From Felis catus (Eukaryota), in NCBI RefSeq assembly GCF_018350175.1, contig NC_058368.1, positions 20,524,001 through 20,588,000 of the forward strand: 64,000 bases of DNA, given 5' to 3'. A program made the position numbers and the translations under genes. The notes below the pieces were generated by a model that made no database searches, had not been told where the DNA came from, and saw only the letters and a program-made list of their open reading frames with translations. Below are positions 12,758 through 23,430 of the stretch, in pieces. How positions within the stretch are numbered: the first letter of the stretch is position 1; each line of letters starts with the position of its first letter.

Positions 12758-13499
12758 ACCCCATCATTTCTACTTATCACAACCAAATTGGGTCCAGAAA
12801 GTTCTTGCCACCCTTATTTGTACATTGTTCCCTCTGTAGGAAAACACGAGCCCCAGATTCTGTTCCTCACCTCATTGTGCCCTTTTAACAAACGTATTTT
12901 ACTGATTCATCCTGGTATTTGAAGCCACGTGCTCCTCTCTCCCCTTCCCTGCTCTCCAGCATTTGCAGGCCTTCCCTCTATTTTGCTGTTCTTAGTCTTA
13001 ACTCCCTCCTCCTTTTGCTGAAAATGGGTATTTTATTTTCATTTCTTATTTTACTTTTGCGTTCTACAACTTCAGAGAAGGGAGAGAGACAGACAGACCT
13101 TCCATCTTTACACTCCTATATGAAAAGTTCATGGACATTCATATTTCAGATTCAATGCCAACAGTCTAAAGGATTAAAGCAGCTAATTTCGAAAATCTTT
13201 TAAGGAAAAACAATACGGGATTCACTTTCCAGAGCGTGTGATGTTTTGAAGTCTCAAGATGGGTTTAAAGTATTCAGGACATTTCCTTAGCTTATCATTT
13301 GGGCAAGTTATCTCTCTGGACCTCATTTCTCCAATGAAGGGAAAGGATCTCTAAAGCCTTAAGACAGAGTGGACAACCCCAGGCTTAACTCCGAGAAATT
13401 AATGACTAGTGGTGAAACTTGGGCATGAGGAAACTTGGATGGGGGAGAAGTTTGGGGCCCTGAAGTAGAGGAGAATTAAGTTGTACAGGGAAGTTACCA

Positions 13500-13680
13500 T
13501 CTGCCTGGCTCTGTGCTAGGAACTTAACATACATTAATGTTCACGGGGGCAGGTATTATTATCGGCTCCATTTTAGAGTCATGGAAAATGAGGTTCTAAG
13601 AGGTTGGATAATTTATTCAAGATGACAGAACCAAGACAGAAATCCTGACCTTCTTGGTTTTGGAGCTCAGTGCTCTTTCT
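13500..13680 (-). mobile_element. MIR
   Basis: gcaggtattattatcggctccattttagag ... ggaaaatgaggttctaagaggt. Confidence 0.7.
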
Positions 13681-15729
13681 AGAGCAATTCTCTTTGGTGT
13701 GCAGGCCTGTCGTGCCTGAAATGCATGGGCCGTGGTAACATTCCCAGTCACTAAGGCCTTCTGCTTCCCTGCCTTCCGTCCCATCTCCATGGTAATTATT
13801 TAAAAGACCAGATGTTTTAATACACATCATATTGATATAATCATGGATGCAACCAAGTTAATTGGATGCACTCTGCTATTAATCCCCCAATGGCCACATC
13901 TAGGCTGTGTTAAGGTAACTACATTATGCCTGTTCAGGCTAATGCTCTGGAAACTATATTCTAAACAACACGGTATTCATTTACTAAAACTTTAATTAAT
14001 TTTAAGCCAAATCAGCCATTTTTAAACTAGACAAACTACATATATTAGAAGACCCAAGGCACCTTTCATGGAGCTCATCTCTTAAAACAAGACAAAGCAA
14101 ACAAAAAACCCATCGGTACTTTGGTTCACATTTAAAAACTATTCCATACCTCATTTCGACCGTTTTTGATTGTTCACTAATGAAATCAATGCAAATAACC
14201 TTCATGTTTATTAAAAGAATAAAAAGGCGAAAAATTCATTTCCTCAAAATACATTTGCTTAGAAATTCTTTTTACCTTATGAACTTCCTTGGCCTTATAA
14301 ACCTGTCAGCAGAGGAAACTGGGAGCCAGTTTCCTGCAGCCATAACCTCCACTACCCTTTTTTACAAGTCTTTATTCTTTGGAAATATAAACACTTGTGT
14401 TGAAAAACATCGCCTGGGAAGATAAATGAGCAGTAAAATGATTAGTGCCCATTTAGTGATTACTTACCTCTGGGCTTAACAACGGAGAGCTGACTTGAGG
14501 GGCTTTGAAAGCTGACTCCTCCTCCGCACCTGGGTAGATGGGGTCTCCTGGGGCCTTGCCTGGGCCTGCCCGACTCCAGGGCCCCTGGACAGGCGCTCCT
14601 CACAGACCTGTTAGCCTTTGTGGTGTCTCCTTGGAGCACGGGTTCGAACCACCACTCAACTTGGAATTTTCGCTGCCACCTTTAGGCCATGGCACCAGGC
14701 AGAGAAAAGTGACATCAGATCCCAAAGAGGTTCTCCAAGCCCTTAGGTGCTGAGACTGTTTCCTCCTGAGTTCTCATCTGCTTCTCATCCTGAGGAAGGG
14801 CTGGGGCGCACGCAGTCTGCGCGCGCACACGGACAGTTCACTCTCCCTGGGGCCTCGCCTCAGGCCGCACCTGCCTAGATCCCAATCATCCCAGCTCAGG
14901 TGCACCTTCGCCCTGGAACCTTCCAGTCTGTATCCCACAATCCGTATCTCTTTTTGTGGCTCTTCTATTCTGTTTGAGAACCTACGTTTCCATCCACTTC
15001 CAAGCCAAACTCCTCTGCCTGGCTTTCAAGACCTGGATAACCTGACCTCACCCAATTTACTACACGTTGCTCCCGGATTCCCTGAGCAGCCATGCTGGGT
15101 CCTTCAAGGAGAGCTCACAGCTTTGCCAATTAACGGCTGCTGCGCCTCATAGTCTGCGGGCTTCCCTAGAGAAAAGTTTAAAAATAGCAAAGGCATGGGT
15201 TTACATTTACTGGAGGAGAGAGCTTCCCCAAGACAGTATGTGACATATGCATCCTTATCACTGATAGTGAGCTCTTGCCAAATACTCACAACCAATATTA
15301 AAATTAATTGGCCTCAGCTTATACGTGAAGTGAGGTAGTATGATGGGCATGGCGCTAAGTGGTGGTGTAGACGCTCACTGTTGAACACAACGTTCTCACG
15401 AAGGATGTTCAGCCCTACAGGGATGTTCTTAGGAGTGACCCACTCTGAAATCATCCTGATTTTTATGGTTTTGAGTTCTTCTAACTGCATGTCCTGTTCC
15501 CCTCTTCTTGCCCTGCTGAGATTACGAGGTGTTATTTCTTCTTCTTATCAGTGTGCCTGCCTATTGGTTGTGAGCGAAGACGCCAGAAAACAGAAGTTTT
15601 AAGAAGTCTTTCAAAAATAAGGATAAATTGGCCTTGACTGGAAGCCTGGGCCTTGTGAAATATGATTGTCAAAAAAACATGGCCTGAGGGGCGGGGGGAG
15701 AAGGGCAGTGCGGGTGTCGGGGGGGCTGC

Positions 15730-15862
15730 ACGTTGAAATCCTGGTGCCCAGACTACACTTCAGACCAATTCTATCAGAATTCCTAGAGCAGAGGCCCCAG
15801 CGTCATTGTGTTTTAAAACTTCCAGATGATTCCCAATGCGCAGTCGAAGTTGGGACGCACTC
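15730..15862. mobile_element. MER5A-like hAT-Charlie fragment
   Basis: cagaccaattctatcagaattcctaga ... gtgttttaaaacttccagatgattcccaatgcgcagtcgaagttgggacgcact. Confidence 0.7.
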
Positions 15863-16284
15863 ATTGCTCCCCACGCTGAGTGTCACTCTATGTGATAGCC
15901 AATGGGTGGTGGGGCAGCAGGGAGACAGGAAAGCCAGGGAAGACGCATCTGGGCCAGAGTGAAGGTTCTAGCCCATTGCTCCCCGTGCCTCTCCCGACTT
16001 TAGACACAGAAAATTCACTGTCTTGAGAAAAAATTCTGACTGGCTTTGACTGTATTAAATTTCCGGAATCATTTCTTATTCCGCTTTTTTGGGAGGTTTG
16101 TGCATTCTTTATTTGGGTCATGGGGATATAGTTAATAAATTATAATATTTCTTAGTTCTTTTGAGAATTTCCACAGGATAGATTAAGCCCTAGCCCTCTG
16201 AAGTCATGTTCACTTTCATTTAAAAAATAGATAATAAAGCACTTAATAAATGTCAAATACTGTGCAAGTTTCTGGGGACACAAT

Positions 16285-16469
16285 GGTGCTGGGAGAGTCC
16301 TCAAGACCACTCCCGTGTTTGAAGATCTGCTATAAGGACTCACGGGAGTTGGCAAATAGCCGTATTCCCAGCTAAGATTCATTACAGCGGCATATGGAGG
16401 GAATACAGCCAGCCAGATCATAAGGGACAAAGACACAGGTGGTCGGGAGAAATCCTGTGCAGCCTTCCT

Positions 16470-16525
<56 letters not shown>

Positions 16526-16560
16526 GTGAGGGGGTCACACAGTGTGGCTGAATCTTTGTA
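16285..16560. mobile_element. ERV LTR fragment (MER21/MER77-like) with (TC)n expansion
   Basis: gtcctcaagaccactccc ... ggactcacgggagttggc ... attcattacagcg ... gggggtcacacag; (TC)n at 16478-16522. Confidence 0.6.
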
Positions 16561-17522
16561 CACATTCGTGATTATTTCTTCTGTGGCTCACGGTGGGCAC
16601 AGCTGAGGCAAAAGGAATGCAGCATTTGAAGGCCTTTGATATTATTTTCCCACTCGGCCTCCTGAAGTTGTCCTTTTTTATATTCTTCCCAGCAGTGTTC
16701 ACTTCCAGCACCCTCTCTGGCTCTACGCGGGACTGTTTTTTAAAAGTCCTTGACAATTTGACGAGGAAGGAGGATCTCCTTGTATTTGTGCATCGGCGAC
16801 TCCTGTACTGAGCGGGGAACACGTGAGACACGCTCAGCTCTGTGGGGACTAGAGACACTAGGGCCACATGGTCTCTACCCTCAAGACTGCCGACAATCCA
16901 GGTGGGCGACAGCCTTAAACCTGGGGGCAGCGGGCGTGTGGAGGAATGGGCTTTTTTTTTTTTTTTGAAAGTGCTGGGGTTTTAGTGCCATTGATCTACT
17001 TTAGTTTTAGTTTCCCTGTGAACTATTTCTGAAGAAGGAACCAGTAAGACAACATAGTAACATACAATATATACGGCATTTATAAGTATATGATATGAAA
17101 ACCACGTAGATGAAACAATGAAAGAGACTGCATGAAAAGTGAGTGTGGGGTTCCCAGCTGGAAAAGGGTAGAAACTCAATATTGGAAATTGAACAGCTAA
17201 GAAAAGGAGCTGGTTCAGGGCCAATGAAACAGTCACCTAGAGGAGCCTGAGCAGTGGTGAGGGTGGGGATTGTTTTCACCTTCTCTTGTCTTTTAAACTT
17301 TTTGGGAATGTCTCATGAATTGCTGCGTAAAGATTAAAAAGGTAACGACTGTTTAGAATTTTAGGTGTGTTGAATTTAAAGTGATGGTAGTTCTTCACAG
17401 TTCCGAGGTCAATGAAATATGAGGTCGGGGCACAGGTAAGAGAGTGGGGCTTCCGGTGACAAGTTAGGTGTCACCCGTGTTCGTGACTTTGGCCACCAAG
17501 GAGTGGGTTATATTTGAGGCAG

Positions 17523-17629
17523 TGTGTGTGTGTGTATTTGTATGTGTACATATGTGTGTGTATATTTGTGTGTGTATTTGTATGTGTACATATGCATGTG
17601 TGTATATTTGTGTGTGTATTTGTACGTGT

Positions 17630-17667
<38 letters not shown>
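17523..17667. repeat. Compound (TG/TA)n repeat
   Basis: Repeated tgtgtgtatttgtatgtgtacatatg units ending in pure (TG)n. Confidence 0.95.
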
Positions 17668-17669
<2 letters not shown>

Positions 17670-19194
17670 CGAGAGACAGAGAGGGGGAGGGAGAGGAGAA
17701 GAGGAGAAAAGAAAGCAGCAGAGGAGCAAGGACACAATTGATAAGTGGATCCAGTGGAAGACTCAGAACTGTTCCAACAAGACTTTCTCAAGCTGGGGAA
17801 GCCTCGTCCATGTGGGAGCCTGGTGCCCACGCAAGGTTTCCCAGCAGTGTCTTCCTGGAGGAGAAAGAGATAAGCGACAGCTGTCACATCCGCTGGCTCT
17901 CCTGCCCTTGTACGAGGTCCTGAGAGGCTAACCGAGTTGTTCCCGGATACATAGCACACTTTGCAATAAAACTCCAGGGCTGGCAGTTGCTCTGGGCCAA
18001 AATATACACTGGACCCCAAGGACAGTGCTTGAGATTATGCAAGGAGAGGACGGAAAAGGCCAGGTTTTAACTCTACAACCGTGTGTTGAACTAGGTGTCA
18101 GGCTCTTGGTTCTTACCCAAATGGCCTGGATTCCAAACAGGTGATTTCTGCCAAGTGCTCCCTCTTGGAAGCCTGTAGGTACACCCTCGTTCCACAGCTG
18201 ACTCTCTAGAGTTGGGTTTCTGAAGAGGACGGTTCACGTACCAACTACAGAGCACGGGAATATTAAAAGTCCTTCAAGGTTAATGCAAATTTCTCTGTGT
18301 GGAAGGAGATGTGTAAAAAAATTACAAAGTACTTTCCAGAACCAGGTACTACTTACCTGCTGGAGTTAGAGAATCAGAAACAAAGCTATTTCAAGAAGAG
18401 GTTCGGGGTCCTGTCTGAATGCAGGAAGATCACCGAGTGGCTTCTACTCTGCTCCCCTTGTGTGTCCGATGGACGAGCCCGCTCAAATCCCTGGATGTCT
18501 TTGCACAAATCCCTCCACTGCCCCCTACAGCATACTCACTGTGCATCGATTTCCCCATGAAATTTTCTGGCAGGTACTTGCCACTTTCCCCCATGTCTTA
18601 GGTCCTCACTTTTAAAAATAGTAATAACACACATACTAGGCTTCTTTTAAAAATGTCAATGTTTATAACTCCAGCAGGTCATACGATACCCGTGTTCAGC
18701 TACCACGTTGAATTAGAAGGAGCTGACAAATTAATAAAGAGTAAAGAAAAGTCAGGCTTTCCCTCCCCTCCCCTCCCCTTCTTTCTTTTTTAAGTAAGGG
18801 TAGAAACTTGGTTCAACAGAGCTTTTAGTGTGCGGAAATCAAGTACTTATGGTCGGCACACACATCCCTAAAACACATTCACCTGGCCCCAGGGAGGCAT
18901 TACTTCTAGGCCAGCACGGTCAGGTTTTCGAAAGGACCCCAATCTCACAAAGAGCCTTCTCCTCCCACTGCTTTGAAATCAGAAGCACGAGGCTGTGGAA
19001 GAGAAGACAGGCTGCGGGCAGAGGGGCGGTGTGGCTGGAGCTCCTCAGACCCCAGGCGGATTCACACCCAGAGGCTGCTCTCAAGTTCCAGGGACGGAAT
19101 TGCCTCCAGGGTGGCATGCCATTAACCAATGGACGGGCGGTAGCAAAGAAGAAATGAATCATCAGTGGGTAGTTCTTTAAAATACACCTTTTGG

Positions 19195-19421
19195 GGGCGC
19201 CTGGGTGGCGCACTCGGTTAAGCGTCCGACTTCAGCCGGGTCACGATCTCGCGGTCCGTGAGTTCGAGCCCCGCGTCGGGCTCTGGGCTGATGGCTCAGA
19301 GCCTGGAGCCTGTTTCCGATTCCGTGTCTCCCTCTCTCTCTGCCCCTCCCCCGTTCATGCTCTGTCTCTCTCTGTCCCAAAAATAAATAAACGTTGAAAA
19401 AAAAATATTAAAAAAATAAAA
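19195..19421 (+). mobile_element. Young SINEC_Fc
   Basis: CpG-rich, near-consensus copy; perfect TSD taaaatacaccttttgg at 19178-19194 and 19422-19438. Confidence 0.97.
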
Positions 19422-19538
19422 TAAAATACACCTTTTGGCATTTGGAGAATTTCCAGGAGGCGCAGAAGAAACAGTCTTAGCCCTTTGAGAGTATCTGAAG
19501 TTCTAGAAGAAGCAGCCAAGCTTTGAGTGGAACGGCTG

Positions 19539-19571
19539 TCACTTGTCCCTTCTCTGTCTTTGTGCTGCCAC
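19539..19571 (-). CDS. RNASEH2B: Putative alternative terminal coding exon of RNASEH2B (VAAQRQRRDK*)
   Basis: Strong acceptor gttttccttttctctctAG followed by GTGGCAGCACAAAGACAGAGAAGGGACAAGTGA. Phase 0, compatible with the exon 9 or exon 10 donor. Resembles the human isoform 2 C-terminus MAAQRQKRGK (recalled). Confidence 0.6.
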   Translation of the reverse strand: MAAQRQRRDK

Positions 19572-21549
19572 CTAGAGAGAAAAGGAAAACATATGTTGTA
19601 TTCCGCCGAGGAGAAGCAGTCATCTGACACCCCCAGCACTATCTGCACCTTCTAGAACAGAAAAGCGAGGCGGGCTGTTCTAGTTCTGAGAAACAGCAGC
19701 GGTTAAACTTCTGCTTCTGAGGGAAGACCTCAGGTAAGGGCCAGGGCTCCCGTCGTGGCCAGCCTCCATCCCCAAGCTCCTTCTGGAGCTAGTATTAGTC
19801 TCCTCCAGGAGCACGGGTGGGGAGGAAGCGTATTTTCTTTCCACTGTTCAAATGGAGTGAAAGACGAAATCTTCAGTTCACCCGAATTTATGGAATGGAC
19901 ACCATCATTTTACCAAAAAAAATATAAGAAACCTATGAAAACAAGGTTCTACGATGAATGATTCTTAAATCCTTTCTACTCTTTGCCTTTTCCTTTCTTT
20001 TTTGTTAAACGCAGATCCTTTTATGAGACAGTGGGAGGCCTTATGTGGACCCCAGTGTATAAAAAATAGGTATCTATAGACTTGTTGGCGGAAGTTGTCG
20101 TCCCTAAAGAAGACTTGACTCTGAACACGTGTAATTACGATCCGCTGTTTTCCGTGTCCAAGTTCAAACATCATTTATTCTGGAGCGGATTTTTTTTTAA
20201 GTTAATGGAAATCAGATCTCCGTGCCATAGTGGGGGATGACCTTCCCTAAGCACCTGCCTCCCCAGGACTATCACCCTCCCTTCCCCTTCTGCCATAGCC
20301 CTGGCACCACATGACATGCCCACCTCTCTGCTCGCAGACCAGAAACTTGAAGGCAGGTGTTTTTTGTTGGCCACGTTGACAACAGCATTTCCAGCGCCCG
20401 GGACATTTGGCGTGTAGCAGGTGCTCGGTATATGTTTTTAAAGGAATAAATGAATCTGCGCTTGTCCCTTGGCTTTTTTCTCTTTTCAAAGAGCAAATAC
20501 CACGACTAACTTTAACTTTACACATCTTCTGATTCAAATACACGTGTAAGGTAACACCTCTTCTAACATGTGTAAAGAAGTCGATTCCTCTATAAATCAC
20601 ATACGGTGTTTTTCCTCCCTCTCACACGGGCTTGACTAACGGGAGGCCATCAAAATAACATTTATTAAGCAAAGTACAGGAAACGCTAAAATGCTGAGGC
20701 TGAATTGAAGATCTGACGTGCAGAGGCACCAGCTAAGTAGAGGCTTTCCTTAAATTCTGGCTCACCACTGCTGAGGATGCACGGACCTGCAGAACCCGTT
20801 TTGAATACGGCAAGAAGATGAAGCCCAGGAAATCTGAGTGTCCCTTCCTTAAGATAAAACTCACAATTAAAACAGACTAGTGAAGGAGAAACGGCCATAA
20901 AGCTACACACACAACGGTATGAGTAAGGTACCTTTGAGGTAGGCTGCAAGGAAAGAGGCCTGGGCCGGAGGGTAAAAGGGCAGCGGTGGGCTCAGCCACT
21001 CTCAGTCTGTGCCACCCACCGTGACCAACATGGAACAGGGACACCCTCCCTTTCTGGTCTACGTCAGAGGGTTGTTGTAAGGATCAGTGCAGCTACTGAG
21101 AAGCGGTGGCTGCGGAAACCATAAAGGGCTATTCAAACACAAGGTAGGAAACCGCTCTGTCAGTCTAATGACCCTGAGCAGTGTGTAAACACCAGCGTAT
21201 GAAAGGTGTATAAGCCTGATCGCTTCTTCCCATTATTCAGATGAGTCAAAGCCTGTGGCCATCCTCTAAGGACACTAAGAAAATACCAGTACACCTCCCT
21301 TCCTGGTCCAGGAGCTCTTTGTCTTCTACAGAGAGGTTTGACTCTTCAATGCAGCTGACTCTGGAGCTCTCCAGAGCTTGCATTAGTCCTGGAGAGAGGG
21401 CTTGTGGGAGGACGTATGTGATACACGGCGTCTAGCAAGTTCCATCACCTTTAATAACGGAGGAAGTCCGTCCTAACCATGTGAGGAGACTGTCTTTCAA
21501 ATCTAGTGATGGCATGACTTCCTAGAGTGTGACGGAAGTCAGTTCCTCT

Positions 21550-21780
21550 GGAGAGAGGGAGTTTGGTCTGGGAGTCAGGGTCCTGAGGTGAGCTTCTGGC
21601 TCAGCTCTTTATCAGCCGAGTGACCTCAGGCACATAAGGTGAACTTCGCTTTTCCAACTGTAAAATGGGGGAAATAATAACCAATTGTGCCCTACGGTTT
21701 CTGGAAGGATCAATCACATAAATCCACGTGAAAAGTGCTTAACATCTGCTGAGCACTTGGTGAGCCTTTGTTATTACTTC
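21550..21780 (+). mobile_element. MIR
   Basis: ggtctgggagtcagg ... gtgacctcaggc ... ctgtaaaatgggggaaataataac. Confidence 0.7.
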
Positions 21781-23217
21781 CCCCAAATGGTGTTCTTCAC
21801 GGTTTTTTTTCGCTGCAAGGTAATGTAATCTAAGGAAAATGAAGAAAAGAGACAAGTCTATACCAGGGACACCGCAAGAGCCAGAACGAGCATGTTGGCA
21901 GGTTTCCTTCGGACTTTCTTCCAGTCAAACAGGTAAGATAATCCACTTAAAGAACTCAGAGGAGTGCCTGATGCATGCTAAGTAGTGGATGGATACTAAC
22001 TCTGAAGCATTTTTCTCCTGGGTATATAGGAGCTGAGGCTCCCCACCCAGCAGCAACTGCAGGGAAGGACATAAAAGGACTCACTGATCGACACTCATTT
22101 CACAGGGAACACACGGCTGTGGGCCAGCAAAGCTAGTGATTTGCTCCCGGGCCCACAGAGTTAAGGCAGGTTCCAGGGACAGTATAATCCAGCTACTGTA
22201 AATTAACCGGTCTTTTTAGACCAATTATTCTTACTTTTTAAAACTTTTTAGTTTAGTTGGAAACACGGTGGTTGTTGGTCACTTTTCACTTTATTACATT
22301 TTTACAGATTCAGATATCTGTTTCCTGTTAGTGTCATAAGTTCGCACATAACAAAAGCAACACTGTACATTGGGTAAGTAAAGGGATGCTTTTTAGCTTC
22401 TCACTTCCAAATTGCCTTCGGGTCTTGCTAAGTCTCCTCATGAGAGAAACATGATCCTGGGAATGGGCACAGCACACGAGAAACACACCCGAACTAACAC
22501 AACACGATCCACTTGACATCCACATTAAAGTGGATGGAGGAGAATCTCCTCGGGAACGCAGGACCAGGGAAGTATAAGCCTCGAAAGACGAGAGAGCCTG
22601 AGAGCCGGGGTACAGGGAACATTTAAATCGAAGATAAACCAGACATAAAAAAGAAAAGAACGCTGGTAATTCTGAGATCCGCTTCAGAATTATGTATGGT
22701 TTGGTGAAAACGGAGGCTCTTGTGTAAGTACCTAAGTGGTTTTATAGTTTGCAGAAGTTTTTGAAGCTCACCCCGAACTCAGCACATGAATCAAAAAAGA
22801 TAAATAACGTTAAGTAACAGAAGCAAAGGACCAAGAGATTTAAGTAAGCTCTTTGGGTTAGACGTCACTATCCTGGCTCCTATGTCACCCTGCCCTACGA
22901 CTGTAGCTGTTGTGGGGATTCAAGGAGTTATTATATGTAAAGTGCTCAGAACAGCAGAAATACATAAATGCTATACAGTGTGCGTGGTTATTAGAATAAT
23001 CAGTTCTTAGTATTATGAAATGATCACATGAAAAACAGGATATTAGCATAGTTTCAAAAACTGAGGGGCATTTTTACAAAATAACTGACCAGTATTCTCA
23101 GAGTTGTCAAAGTCATTGAAAGACAAAGGAAGATTGAGAGACTCACATGCTAGAAAAATCAGAGGAGACAGGGCAACTAAATGCAATGTGTGATGGTGGA
23201 TTAGATTCTGGAGTAGA

Positions 23218-23430
23218 GGGGCGCCTAGGGAGCCGTGGAGTGTCAGTCGGTTAAGCGTCTGACTCTTGGTTCTGGCTCAGGTCATGGTCTTGCAGTTCAT
23301 GAGTTCAAGCCCTGCGTCAGGCTCTATGCTGAAAGCACAGAGCCTGCTGGGGATTCTCTTTCTCCCTCTCTCTCTGCCCCTCCCCTGCTCACTCTGTCTC
23401 TCTCTCAAAATAAATAAACTTAAAACGTTA
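23218..23430 (+). mobile_element. Can-SINE
   Basis: SINE head with a small insertion, (CT)n tract, tail. Confidence 0.9.

Noticed and set aside
14806..14826. Near-palindrome gcgcacgcag-t-ctgcgcgcgc (NRF1-like)
   Set aside because: Too short, not in a real CpG island, and no other promoter evidence.
17468..18019. Overlapping Cys/Val-rich and His/Thr-rich ORFs
   Set aside because: These are translations of the (TG)n compound microsatellite.
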